A stretch of DNA of 64,000 nucleotides from Owenia fusiformis (Eukaryota). Positions within the stretch are counted from its first letter, which is position 1. Each line of letters opens with the position of its first letter. The stretch lies in contig CAIIXF020000001.1 of NCBI GenBank assembly GCA_903813345.2, positions 36,208,001 to 36,272,000 on the forward strand, written 5' to 3'. The notes under the pieces are model-generated. The model was not told where the DNA came from. It searched no databases and saw nothing but the letters and a program-made list of their open reading frames with translations. Made by a program: the position numbers and the translations under genes. Positions 36,524-50,195 of this stretch are shown piece by piece.

Positions 36524-36849
36524 CAGGGTGACCCCAAAAAATGCAACCCTCCATTTCTTAAATATTTTTCTTAAATGGGGGTAAGTTGCTCTGAGATTTG
36601 GCACACAAGGAATTCATTTAACGTGGGATCCTCTGACAACGTTTTAATAATCATAGTCTTATATTGATAGAGTTATGGCCGTTCCAAAATATTCTCCAAT
36701 ATGCTTTACATGCAACATCATTTCCGGAGAAAATAAATGTGAGTTTTTAGTTTCGGTTGAATTCCTTGTGTGCTAAATCTCAGAGCAATTTACCTCCATT
36801 TAAGAAAAATATTGAAGAAATGGAAGGTTGCATTTTTTGGGTCACCCTG
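36524..36849. mobile_element. Tc1/mariner-type MITE
   Basis: TA|CAGGGTGACCCCAAAAAATGCAACC...GGTTGCATTTTTTGGGTCACCCTG|TA. Confidence 0.85.
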
Positions 36850-38420
36850 TATCAATATGATCATGTTGTGTGGGCAGTGTTTGACGTGTAAATACTAAAA
36901 CCCCATTACAGTCAGTACAGCGTGCTTTTTTATTGCATTGGAAACTACTTTCATGACAAAATTTAACTCAGGAGAATTAAATGCTCGACATCTTCTCCCT
37001 CTTTATGTGAAAGAAATAGACAACCAACCTGAAAAGCGAACGCCGTGTTTTGCCTATGGTATGTCGTTCGTGTTTTACCTGCAACATCATTTCCGGAGAA
37101 AATACATGTGAGTTTTTAGTTTCGGTTGTTTCAATCATTATAAGATGATTTATAGAGCTGATTATGGCTAAATTCTTTAATGTCCATTAATGTTGCTACA
37201 TAGCATTCGACCATGGGCCGGCCAATGTGTGAATTTTGGCCGTGCGTAAAAGATATCGAGTGACTTCAATTTTTCAATAATTTTTATTTTATGAAATTTT
37301 CACTGATCTGAAGTTCGAACCACGGACAGGCCATAGGCTATGTCTATGTCAATAATCTGCAAAAGGCTAATAAGCCCATATAAAGCAGATATATAATTTA
37401 ACAGTGATAGAATCAGGGCTGTCAACTTGGGACCACCTAATATGAGTGACTTCAAAATGTTGGACACCTAAGTCCAAATCTGAACACCTTTGGCCAACTT
37501 TTAAACACCTTTGGCCAAAGTTTGAGCACCTTTGCCAAACTATGATCACCTCAAATTTTTCGGGGGGGGGGGGGTAGGTACGAAAATTTCCAATGAACAT
37601 GCGTGACATATACGGGATTCGCGTGACAAATCAGAACAAATTGCGTCCGGTTTTTTTCCCACGTTCGTATTTTTACCGTATCGTATTTCGAAAAAATTTC
37701 TACAGAAATATTTTTGCTTGACAATTACCAGGTAAAATGCGTATTTGCGTGACATTTTCTGTCACGCAAAATAAACTGGCGTGACTTCAAATTCTTCAGC
37801 AAATACGCAAATTGCGGGACAGTTGACAGGCCTGTAGAATAGAGGGAAAAGTAATAGTCTCTTCTATATACGGCTTACTATTACTTTAGCCATTGGACAG
37901 GCCCATAGCCAGGATTTGCCAAGGGGGTTCACTTTTCGAAAAATTCCAGGGGGGAGTTTACTTGTGACAATTTTGGTCCAAAAATGGGCAAAATCCCTTA
38001 AAAAGTGCTGAAAATGGTGAAAAACTGCATAATTTTGAACAACTTTTTGGCCAGGGGGGGTTGCTCGAACTCATCAAACCCCCCTGGCTACGGGCCAAAT
38101 GGACGTCAAGTACCTTCTGTGAAACTTCACTTTTTTTAATAAGGGAGGATTGGTAACAGGAGTGATGCATAGGGACAATGGAGCTCTGTTCGAGAAGAAA
38201 TTTCCAAGATGGTCTCTGAATTTCAAAATGGCCACCATTTTTCAGAAAAAAAAACGTTGATAACTCAAAGGAGCTCTGTTCAATGAGAAATTTTCAAGAT
38301 GGACACTCTCAAAATGTTTTATTCGGTGGGATTTCCTACTCTTGGAGTTACTGTTTTTCTAGTTTGACAATGCAATATGCCTTGTTCTTTCAGGAGTTGC
38401 AGAGTTGAAGAAATTCAAAG

Positions 38421-38984
38421 ATGTCCTCTTGTGGTGATGCTGGGGTTAAAGTTGTCATAATGCCAGGTAACGGTGCAGCAGCTGATGTTGAATATTGCAA
38501 TTTCTATGCATGGCTCCGTGAAAAAATACATAAAGAAACTTCCGCTCGATGTATCTTGAAGAACATACCTGACCCTTATAAAGCAAGGGAAAAAATATGG
38601 ATACCTTTCATGCATGATCAAATGAAATGTGATGAAAATTCGATAATTGTTGGACACAGTAGTGGTGCAGTTGCTGCTATGAGATACTGCGAAACATACA
38701 AAGTAAAAGGTGTCATTTTGGTGTCTGCGTACATCTCGGACCTTGGAGAACCAAGCGAGGCAGTCAGTGGTTATTTCTCACGTGATTGGAACTGGGACGC
38801 TATGAAAGAGAATTGTAACCTTTGGATTCAATTTGCATCAAAGGATGACCCACTTGTACCCATTGCTGAACAGCGTCAAGTAGCCGAGTCACTTGGAACA
38901 GAGTTTCATGAATTCACTGATAAAGGACACTTCATGGATGATGAGTTACCTGAATTGTTTGAAGTTTTAAAAAAACATGTCTAA
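38421..38984 (+). CDS. RBBP9: RBBP9/YdeN-family alpha/beta serine hydrolase, 187 aa
   Basis: VVIMPGNG, NIPDPYKAREKIWIPFM, nucleophile IIVGHSSGAVAAMRY, LVSAY.SDLG, SGYFSRDWNW, QFASKDDPLVP, KGHFM. Splice acceptor TTGTTCTTTCAG ending at 38393 suggests a 5'UTR intron. Confidence 0.95.
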   Translation: MSSCGDAGVKVVIMPGNGAAADVEYCNFYAWLREKIHKETSARCILKNIPDPYKAREKIWIPFMHDQMKCDENSIIVGHSSGAVAAMRYCETYKVKGVILVSAYISDLGEPSEAVSGYFSRDWNWDAMKENCNLWIQFASKDDPLVPIAEQRQVAESLGTEFHEFTDKGHFMDDELPELFEVLKKHV

Positions 38985-41900
38985 ATCTTGGAATGAGAAT
39001 CTTCTTGTTCTTTACAATTGTCAAACACTTATATGTTTCATTTCCAATTGACCTTTCATCTACATGTATAGTATTCTAAATACAAAATGGTATACTTGGA
39101 AATGGATTTGTGATAAAAGATAATATTATTATTGAAAAGCAATGCAGCTTGCATTATTCAATATTACTTCAGACACATATCCACTAAATTCCATGTGTAT
39201 CATATAATGTGTCCTTCTTAATGATGTCAAACATGCATGTGGATCACTATGGCAATCACAAAATTCTGTACATGTATATACGAGCCTATCATTTGGAATT
39301 ACATGCACATGTTTTTAAACCACATGTTATACAATGTAGCCTTAGGTTGTAAGAGGTATAATCTGACATCAAACATATGTGAATATGCTTGACAGGTGAT
39401 GGGATTTGGTAACATGAGGAGCAATAAATAATAAAAAATTACCAAAAATCAATGGTAGTTATTTGATTTAATTTTTTCGCCACTGACTATCCAATAACTA
39501 ATCAATGATGGTCTCAGACAAGACCTGGATATGAGTTTTATCTTTGAATCATGGCAGTATTCGGGGACGTAGCCAGGATTAGTAGTGCTAGGATGCGATG
39601 CGAGGCTGTAGGTTGGAGCAAAATTAGGGGATCCGGGGGCATGCTCCTCCAACCTCCAGATTTATTTGGCACGTTCTGAACTATTCTAGGACCAAAATAT
39701 ATGATTTATTTCAAAATATTTTGTATTTTTGGGCCTATTTGGCACATTCTGAGAGATTCTAGGATCAAAATATGATTTATTTCAATTTACACCTGTCCAT
39801 CCATCCAGGCAATAACTCCAATAACGTTGGCCCAATATCATTTACATTTTGTATGTATAGGCCCCATGTAAGTGGCCACCAGGTTCAGAATGGCCGCCAT
39901 TTTAGTGTCAACTTTACTGTTTAAAAATGGCAGACATCTTGAAAAATGGTGGCTATTACACACTATTTTATGATTTTTGCTGTATCTGGTAAAATAATGG
40001 AGCGATTTTGTTCATATTTGATATGTGAATACTCATAAGCATGGTACACTGTCTTCTGCCACTCAGGCTAGTAGCATTTTAGCATTTTTATGAGTGTTAA
40101 TTTACATTTTTTACTGTTACTTGAAAAGAAGTGGAGTGATTTTGTTGAAATCTCACATGTGAATAATCATAGGCATGATACACTTTCTAATGCCAATTTG
40201 GTAGTGAGCGGCCATTTTCTAAAATGGCCACCATTTTCATTTGGGTAATTATATTTTACATTGTTACAATATATGTGAATACAGTAAGCATACAATACCT
40301 TATGCCACTTTGGGTAGTGCCATTTTGAAAAATGGTGGCCATTTCTATGTGTTATTTTGCATGTTTTTGCTATAACTGAAAAATAGTAGGGTGATTTTGT
40401 TGGCTTATGGGCCATGTAAACCAGCATAGAATATGCAAATTAGATAGATACATATATGTATACATACATATATCTATGTATTCATGCATATATATATTAT
40501 ATGCCAGCACAGAATATGCAAATTAGATAAATACATACATTATTATATGTATTCATATATATGTATGATATATATACAAGCATGGAATATGTTAATTAGA
40601 TAGACAAGATACATAACAATTAATTTATTAGTTGGCATAGTATATGTTAATTAAATAACAATAATTCATGAATATCTGAGATATCTATGAATATGCTTTA
40701 ATTTATGAGATATATGTGTATTGTATACATGTTATATATGTATGTATTTGTATATATCTTCTAAGCTGGTCCCCAGTCCCCAGTTCCCAGTTTGAGATAT
40801 CTATATGCTATATATAATATGTATGTATTTGTATGTATCTTTTAAGAAGGTCCCCAGTCCCCAGTTCCCAGTTTGAGATATTTATATGCTATATATAATA
40901 TGTATGTATTTGTATGTATCTTTTTAAGAAGGTCCCCAGTCCCCAGTTCCCAGTTTGAGATATCTATGTTTGTGTATATATGTATTTGTATGTATCTTAT
41001 AAGTTGGTCCCCAGTCCCCAGTTCCCATTTTGAGATATCTATGTCATATGTATGTATGTATCTTTTAAGCTGGTCCCCAGTTCCCAGTTTGAGATATCTA
41101 TATGTAGGTATTTGTATTAAACATTGACAGAATATGAAATGAATATAACATCGTAACAAAAAAGTACAATTGTAAATCTAATATGTACGTGTATTAAACA
41201 TTGACAGAATATGAAATTAATATTCACCTTTCCACAAACTAAGTAAAGAAAATCGATAATTTCCGGCGCGCTGATTGGTTGTATGCAAATGAGTCAAATC
41301 AATGATGTCAATGCCTGAAAGTTTTGAAGAATTAGTACAGCCAGCATAGGAATATTTTGAATTAACTGCAATAAAAAGGATTCTATTTGCCCAATGCACT
41401 AATTATTTTTAGTCAAATATGAAATATGGACGGGGCACTTTCATTCCGAATCTTATGTAATTTAATTTAATCATTTTTTTGACAGAGCTATTGTTTATTA
41501 AGACTTCTCAGATCAGCCTCACATACCCGGGCTCACATGTCTCGTGTGATTGTAAACAAAAAATGTAAATTGAGAAGTTAAAAAACGACTCGGTTAAATT
41601 ATTTGATAGTGGTCATACAATATCCTGTTAAATGTTATGTCGTAGTAAGAAATTCCATCAGAAATTCACATAACATTCGCACAAAGCGTTACCTTTTGGT
41701 ACTTATTCGCCATCAGTCAATAATGATCAGCAATGTCAACATATCATCAATAAACATTGTATGATATACGCTCTTTCTCTGAAATCTTCCCAGTGATCAT
41801 TATTCAAAACCGATCATCACATAACTAATTTATCCTATGAAAAGTGAGGTTTTACAAGTGAAGTTTTCAGGACACCCTGCATATCCAGTTTTTTTTTCAT

Positions 41901-42000
41901 TGATTTCATTTCAATTGACTGCTTCTACACTGAATAAAAAACATTTTCCCGGGAATATTTGGATGGGAGATACACAGCGGGAAATATACATTGGAATATA

Positions 42001-43173
42001 TATAGAGATTATCCTATATGAGGTTCAGGATATTGGGATTATCCCGAGGCCAATATAATATATCTACCCGAGGGCCGCAGGTCCCGAGGGAAGATATATT
42101 ATATTGGCCAAAATAATATGTTTATCCCATACTAATCTTGGTCATCATGTTCACATTGTTCAACTGTGGAAATATTTTAGAATATTCATGTCCAGTTTTG
42201 TTTTCTTGGCCGTGATATTCCCTTTTATTTATTTATTTTCTCGAATTTTTGATTGATTAAGTGGATGCACCTTCCCTTTTTTAAATCATCAAACAGATCC
42301 TGATTGTCTGTGTTTTCTCCATTGTCGTTTACAGCCATTACACGAACGTTACAAATTATGAACAAATGTGCGAGCGGCGATTATAACGTAGCGGGCAGAT
42401 ATACTATATCACTATATAAACTGGACATGAATATTCTAAATATTTCCACGATTGAACAATGTGAACCAGATGACCAAGATTGGTATGGGATAAACATATT
42501 ATCCTATAGTCGGTTCAGGATATTGGGATTATCCTTGGCCAATATAATATATTTTCCCTCTGGAGCTAGCTGCGGCCCTCGGACAGATATATTATATTTA
42601 CCTCGGGATAATCCAAATATCCTGAACCTCATATAGGATAATCTCTATATATGTCACGCTCCTCCAAGATATCAATTCTTTATCCCATACTTGGACGTGT
42701 TACGGGTACATAAAGCCGGTTTGTAAAAACTTATATTTTCATCAGCGGGCAGATATGGCTTTACGTCCCGCTCCAAGCGGTCAGATATATTATATCTGCC
42801 CGCTACGTCATAATCACTGTTCCCGTATTGGTTCCTTTTTGTAACGTTCGCATACTGTAAACCACAATGGAGAAAAACGCAGACAATTGTGATCTGTTTG
42901 ATGCGTTAAAGAAGGGAAGGAGCAGTATACTCCATTAATAATCAAATATTTGAACAGGAAAAGAAACAAGAATACAAAACTGGACATTTTAAAATAATTC
43001 TACAGTTGGTTGCAAAGTTTCTGAACTTTGGCCAATTGAACAATGTGATTGGTATGGGATAAACAAATCATCCTATAGTCGGTTCAGGATATTTGGATTA
43101 TCCCTTGGCCAATATTATATATCTGCCAGAGGGCCGTAATATCCTGAACCTCACATAGGATAATCTCTATATA
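42001..43173. mobile_element. Palindromic non-autonomous element(s) nested in the 8-kb element
   Basis: ATAGAGATTATCCTATATGAGGTTCAGGATATT at 42002 has inverted counterparts near 42617-42649 and 43138-43171; internal hairpins. Confidence 0.7.
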
Positions 43174-43715
43174 TCCCGATGTTTTCAAGTATGGTATTTT
43201 CAAGATATGATCTGATATGACTTGCAGAAATAAATAGGAAGTAATCGTTTAGTTGATTGAATCATTGAAGTAGTGAAGTCAATGATTTAATGAATTAGAG
43301 CAAATGTTTTTCATTTGAACAGGTCATTCATCAAATGACAACTGAAGATTAACTTAAAATAGATTGTCTATCTATATATTTATATGTATGAGAGACATGT
43401 TATAATGTTAGTGAACTGATGATTATGATAATTTCACCTGTTCACATCCAGTTCCTATCATGATTGAAAACTGACCGGAGTAATTCTCTTCACTATATTT
43501 ACTCATTATGAACAGAAATTTAATATTTCAATCGCTTAGAAGGCGCAAATAAATGCCAATTTGACTTTCAATAAAAATCCGTCAATAATTTACTGATTAC
43601 TTGCACATTTGAAGAGGTAAAACTTACAGCAATCAAACGAGGATTTACATGTAAACTCAATTGCATTTGTTTTTCGCGGGAAAAAGTTTCTCTCATTGAC
43701 GTCACAGATTTCTAA

Positions 43716-45125
43716 AGCTACGTTCACACCAACGGCGAATGCCACGCTTTAAATCGGCGAGCAAAGCGCCGTCATTTTTGTCATTTTTCTTCATACCAAC
43801 GGCGCTTTGATGGCGCTTTAAAGCGGCTTGTAAAGCGGCACCAAAGCGTAACAAAGCTTGATTAAAGCGTCGGGGTCGTAATAGGTCGTAAAAAAGCTCA
43901 GAGTAAAGCGGGATATTCGGCAAGAGCGCCAAAAAATTTGAAACTTTTTAAAAATTTTGGGTGCTCTGTTACGAATTGATTAAAGCACCGAGAGCGTATC
44001 AAAGCCCAACAAACCGTAACAAAGCTCAGAAAAGCTTGATCCAAAGCGTAGGAAAGCTTAACAGAGCTCTAATAGGTTCCTCACGCTTTGATCCCGCTTT
44101 GATCAGGCTTTGTTACGCTTGAAATCACGCTTTGATAAGCATTATTACGCTTGGATGCGATTATGACGCTTTAAATCAGGCTCTGATACGATTGCCAAGC
44201 TCTGTTGTGCATTGTTACGCTCTGTTAAGCTCTGTCACGCATTGGAAAATGTCGAGATCGCCAATTTCATGCCGCTTTTGATCCAATGACTATATAAAGA
44301 TGCAGTAGATCCATAAAACCATTGCATCTTTGACTCGAGAACACGATGGCAGAACAACAAGATCCATAAATTCCAGATGAACCAGAGCATGACCTATCTG
44401 AATAAGACATGACGTTTGACGCACGGCATGAAATAGCGTGAGAGAGCATGAGAAAGCTTGTCAAGCGTAACAAAGCATAACAAAGCGTTTCAATTCTTGA
44501 TGTAAGCGTCTCAATTTGTTGGAAAGCTTGAGAGTCCTTCATGAAAGCGTAACAAAGAGTGTCAGATATTGATGAAAGCGTCTGACCTCGTGTCAGATCT
44601 TCATGCCAGATCGTAACAAATCCTGAGACATCTTAACGAAGCGTGTAAAGTGGTAACAGACCATGAAGAGACTGGGGTCCACGCTTTGAACCAAGCTCTG
44701 TTAAGCTTTCCTACGCTTTGGGTCAAGCTTTGCTGAGCTTTGTTACGGTTTTTTAAGCTTTGATACGCTCTCGGCGCTTTAATCAATTCGTAACAGAACG
44801 CCCAAAATGTTTGGCGCTCTTGCCGAATATCCCGCTTTACTCCGAACTTTTCTACGACCTATTACGACCCCGACGCTTTAATCAAGCTTTGTTACGCTTT
44901 GGTGCCGCTTTACAAGCTGCTTTAAAGCGCCATCAAAGCGCCGTTGGTGCGAACACTTAAACAGTTTAAAATTTTTAGCGCTCTTGCCGAATATCCCGCT
45001 TTACTCCCGAGCTTATCTACGACCTATTACGACCCCGACGCTTTAATCAAGCTTTGTTACGCTTTGGTGCCGCTTTACAAGCCGCTTTAAAGCGCTATCA
45101 AAGCGCTGTTGGTGTGAACGTACCT
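43716..45125. mobile_element. PIF/Harbinger-type non-autonomous element
   Basis: TAA|AGCTACGTTCACACCAAC...GTTGGTGTGAACGTACCT|TAA (3-bp TAA TSD). Long inverted subterminal regions rich in AAAGCG/CGCTTT. The right end is tandemly duplicated (about 44815-44960 and 44978-45125). Confidence 0.8.
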
Positions 45126-46557
45126 TAAGCAGCTCATTATAATATTCATTAGCTGACTTTGTTGAAAGGTGAATAACATTGTAACAAAAAAGTACAATTG
45201 TAAATCTAATATTTATGTATTTAACAATTGTCTTCAAATATCAAGGTAAAATAACCAAAATGTTATCTGAGTCGTATTACTCCAGTATATTGCAAAGTTA
45301 TCTAATATTTATGAGCATTTTAAAACCTATTTTTTGGCATACAGCATCAATCAATTGTACAGACTTTTATTCTTCTGTTTGGGTATGAGCTGCTAGTTCA
45401 TAATGAAGGTGTTATATTTTTTTCTCTATCTGATCTAATACTGGCCACATGAGCACACCAGGTAGATATCAGTTACACAAACTTCAGAGCAACGTTTAAC
45501 ATTAAACTTGTATATTCAAGTTCACTGAGTTACCCTATATGTGGAAATAAAAGACATTAGCGCAACCAGCAGACTGGGGGGGGGGGGGTCGCGATCGCCA
45601 AATTTTTGCTATGAGCTAGAAGCTTCAAACAAAATGCATTTTAAAGCTCTTATTTTTATTGGTCATCGCCCCTACCTCCTGACTACACTTATGATAGGTA
45701 TATAGGTCAAAAATGGTAAGCGGCAATGGTCATAGTATGTCTAAAAATATAAGTGATTCCACTTCATATTTCATTATAGAAATTTTAACTTTACTCCAGA
45801 CTTAACAGAACTTTAACTTTTAAGAACTCTTTAAAATTGTCTTTGTATTATACATCGAATCAGCCTGAAACCTATCTTCTAGAGGAAAACAGTTAATCCA
45901 GTCAAGACTACAGTAATGAGACAAACCCATAACTTACATAACTTAAATAATCTGTCTCCAGATTGGAAAAGAATTATACAGTTATATGAAGCACTATAAA
46001 GCTGAAAAGCTGTTAGTTATCCAAACATATGTGTCTACTTAAGAAGGATCATTTTATGTCTCATCTTGATACTGATTTTAAATAGAGAGTCAATTTCAGA
46101 AGCTTTCAGTCTAATGTATTTCAATGTTTTATGAATTCTCTACCAAAATTAGAAAAAAAGTAAAACAAAACCCCCCAAAAATAGATAAAAATCAAGATAA
46201 ACCTTTTATTTCATCAACACTTTTTTAAAATCAACCAAAATTTCCTTTGTAGAGAGACTTGAACATGTTGTGTATGTGTCGTTTTGTTCAAAACAGGTTC
46301 GGAAAGATGTTTCATTTCATTCTAAGCATATGAAACCAGAAGCAAAAGAAATGTTTGATGTGTTTTCTAAAACAATATAGAGAAAAGTATATACATTTTT
46401 TCAAATTATATTGTTACCATTCAAAAGATGACCATTAAATTGACAATATGTAATTTTTAGAAATTTTTGATGACTGATTTAAGAGAAAAGTTCACCATAT
46501 CAATACCAATACTTTACAGGTTCTCCTAAATATCCAGGATGTCAACTCTTCAGTCTA

Positions 46558-47200
46558 CAGGGTGTCCCGAAAGTATGGGGCCCCCCTTAGGCAGACATAT
46601 ACCAATGTCGTCATAGTATGTGTCATATATCATTTTAAAGCTTATCCAAAGTTACATTGATTCACCAAATATCATGGTTCAACTCTCAAATGTGAAAAAA
46701 TTACAGACATTTCAAAATTTAATGTTTGGTCATAATGAAGTTCAATTTTACACCAAATCAATAGTCATTGTGTCCTCCCGGGCCATTTTAACAGCAGCAA
46801 TTATTTTCGGGTCGGATGGATATTGAGTTGGAAAAAGAGAACGGTGAGGGTAGAAACTCTAAGGAAACTCTTCTAAAGTTCCTTAACAGGTTTTAAGGGG
46901 GTTATAAAATTCCACACCCCTATTTGAAGGGCTTTTAAGGTCATATCTAAAAATAGTTGCTACTGTGAACATGGCCAAGGGGGGACTCATTGACTAGTTA
47001 TGTTGTGTAAATGTGAACATTATTTTGACAAAACACTAAATTTTAAAATGACTGTTACTTTTTCCCATTTGGAAGTTAAACCATGATACTTTGCAAATCA
47101 ATGTAACTTTGGATAAGCTTTAAAATGATATATGACACATACTATGAGGACACTGGAATATGTTTGCCTATGGGGGGCCCCATACTTTCGGGACACCCTG
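46558..47200. mobile_element. Tc1/mariner-type MITE
   Basis: TA|CAGGGTGTCCCGAAAGTATGGGGCCCCCC...GGGGGGCCCCATACTTTCGGGACACCCTG|TA with long inverted arms. Confidence 0.85.
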
Positions 47201-49257
47201 TATATGGAAAGGTTAAACTTGTGACTAGGATAACAAAAAGGTCAATCTTTCTATTTTCACATATTTTGTTATATATCAGATAGACATTGAAGTTCTGCCT
47301 AAATAAAATCTGGCTGTTCTTGGATTTTAAAGTGTTATGTAAAGATGATAACTTAATGACTATTAGATGACTCTTCCACCTACACCAGTCCAGTCTATAC
47401 CATTAAACATGTAATAAGAGAAGTTAATATACACGGTGGTCCAAAAAAGTGAACCCCTGCAACAGGCTATATTTTCCTTAATACTTGCATGAATAGACTC
47501 ATATATGTTGTAGAAAAAGGTCTAAAATTTTGGTTGATGCCATAATCTATTCTCTGTCTTAAATTTTGAAGAAATCACATCTAAATGAGGTTTTATATAG
47601 GATTCATCCTCAGTGTATATTGCTATCAACTCAAAAGAGAATGGATCAAGATGAATCTTGAATGATTAAAAACTTTAAAATAGTTTATGTACTTTAACAT
47701 AGAGATCTCGAAATGGGAACTGGGGACTGGGGACCAGTTTAGAAGATACATACAAATACAAATATACACAAACATAGATATCTCAAACTGGGAACTGGGG
47801 ACTGGGGACCTTCTTAAAAGATACATACAGATACATACATACATATTATATATAGCATATAGATATCTCAAACTGGGAACCGGGGACTGGGGACCAGCTT
47901 AGAAGATACATACAAATACATACATATTATATATAACAATATAGATATCTCAAACTGGGAATTGGGAACTGGGGACTTCTTAAAAGATACATACAAATAC
48001 ATACATATTATATATAACAATATAGATATCTCAAACTGGGAACTGGGGACTGGGGACCAGCTTATAAGATATATACAAATACATACATATATAACATGTA
48101 TACAATACACACATATCTCATAAATTAAAGCATATTCATAGATATCTCAATGTAGGATATTCATGAATTATTGTTATTTAATTAACATATTCTCTGCCAA
48201 CTAATAAATTAATTGTTATGTATCTACTGTAGTTCTATATATGTATCTAGTCTATCTAATTAACATATTCCATGCTTGTATATATATCATACATATATAT
48301 AAATACATATAATAATAATGTATGTATCTTATCTAATTTGCATATTCTGTGCTGGCATATATAGATATATGCATCTGTATATATATGCATATATGTATCT
48401 ATCTAATTTGCATATTCTGTGCTGGTTTACATGGCCCATAAGCCATTTTGTTTATATTAATACTTAGAAGCATATTACACTGTCAAATGACAATTTTGCT
48501 ATTTTCTGTCTAGACATTTTCTCTCTCATCTAAATCAATCTAAAATTCAAATTCAGATTTTTATCACACCCATTGGTGCTATGTGTACATTATTTTGATC
48601 AGTTTGGGGATGGGTGGGTTCAATGGGATCTTACATTAATTTAATTTGAATTGATTGATATAGAAATAATTAACTTTTGCCTATATACATGTAATTATTG
48701 TATTCTAGCATTACCATTTCTGCTACTGCCATCTATTTACATATCTTTATGGCAGTCGATCTATTAAGATTCCAAATCTGTTGCTATTCTAAAATTAAAG
48801 GGTTAGTTTTTGTGCCACCCTATATTATTAAAAAGGCCATCGCTTTATAATTAAGGTAGATTTAATGACAGTTATCAAAAATAACAGGGATCATATCGTA
48901 GGGTACACATTCATCATTAAAAATGAGAATCTTTTTTAACCCTCAACACGTGAGGCAAATAAAGAGCTAAATTTTTATCCTCATTTTATATTGCTTCACA
49001 TCATTTTATTTTAAAAACCATCCCCATACTAGATTATCATGCAAAAACATTTTTCAAATATTTTATTTCCAGATTTATGCAGACTATAGTATAAAGATTA
49101 CAAATCAGGTTTGTGCTTGAAATTGTTCTAGTTGAGGTAACCTATAGACAGCAAATCACAACAAGAATGTTAAAGATGCACTATACCATAGGTTATCACC
49201 AAGACAATCAATGTTCCATTATTATTGCTAATATAACATCTTACATACTATGGATAT

Positions 49258-50195
49258 ATATTATTATTATTATTAAATGCTTTATTGTACTAAAAATCCC
49301 TTTCGGGTGAGTGTACAGCAAATAAACATGATAAAATAAAACTAAAACTATACATACAATTACAATAACATACAATGCAAATTTTACATGGCATATAATG
49401 ACAATATAATGTGATTGACTGATCATTAGATATATACCAACAACTACTATTAGCCTACACCTACATGTATATATTTATATTGATAATATAGTTGTTGATC
49501 TCTTTTCAATTATTTCATAAAGGTATTTTGCAAAGGTGATACACATGTTACCCTCAGCATTAAACATATAATTAGCCTTTTCTTCGGTAGTCAATACAGT
49601 TAGATTTGGGCAAATCGAGTTAAACGTATCAAAGTATTCATATCTCATTTTTTCCAATTTTTGGCACTCAAAAATAAAATGAATTTCCGTACCAGTGGTG
49701 ATTTTACATAGTTTGCATTTTCTTTGATCTCTCGGAACTATTGGTCTTGTATACCTTCCTCGCTCTATTTCTAAATTGTGTGCACTTATTCTTAATCGCG
49801 TCATAGATTTCCTATGTTCGGCGTTCTTTATTAAATTCAAATATGGTTCTTTTCCCCATCGTTGTTTGATATTATTCAAAAATTCTAATTTCCCTTTATT
49901 ATCATTGACAGTTTTTTCCCAATATTTTATATATCTTTTTTCAAGGATTTTCTTAATATCAAGCGGTTTACTTTTAATGTAATTTTTATCTTGTGGTTGA
50001 ATATATGCCATTATTTTATCAATGTCATAGTACCATGATGGTTGATTATGAACTTTTGATAGTTCAATACTATCTGCATATGCATTAATTAGTAATGAAC
50101 TCGTTCCTTCATTTTCTATATGATCTAAGTATTTAACTTGTTGGTAAAATATATTGATAAACAGAGGGAATCTACCTAACTCACCCATCGTAACT
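49258..50195 (-). mobile_element. 5'-truncated non-LTR retrotransposon (LINE): ORF2 C-terminus and 3'UTR
   Basis: ORF 49475-50263 contains MGELGRFPL, YW...N..KGKLEF, KEPYL, MTRLRISAHNLEIERGRY, RKCKLC...TEIHFIFEC (post-RT Cys/His domain). Minus-strand AATAAA and (TAA)n tail at about 49260-49285. Confidence 0.85.

Larger units (their letters stand above)
40402..48444. mobile_element. 8-kb non-autonomous DNA transposon with about 700-bp repeat-rich TIRs and 8-bp TSD
   Basis: GGCTTATGGGCCATGTAAACCAGCA at 40402 and its inverse ending at 48444. TSD ATTTTGTT at 40394-40401 and 48445-48452. TIRs contain arrays of GTCCCCAGTCCCCAGTTCCCAGTTTGAGATATCTAT (about 40760-41100 and 47700-48070). No transposase ORF recognised. 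Confidence 0.85.

Noticed and set aside
43702..45237. ORFs such as MALLPNIPLYSELFYDLLRPRR on both strands
   Set aside because: They are translations of the inverted subterminal repeats of the Harbinger-type element; no transposase motifs.
40842..48110. ORFs containing WELGTGD / SPVPSSQF repeats
   Set aside because: They are translations of the tandem units in the TIRs of the 8-kb element.
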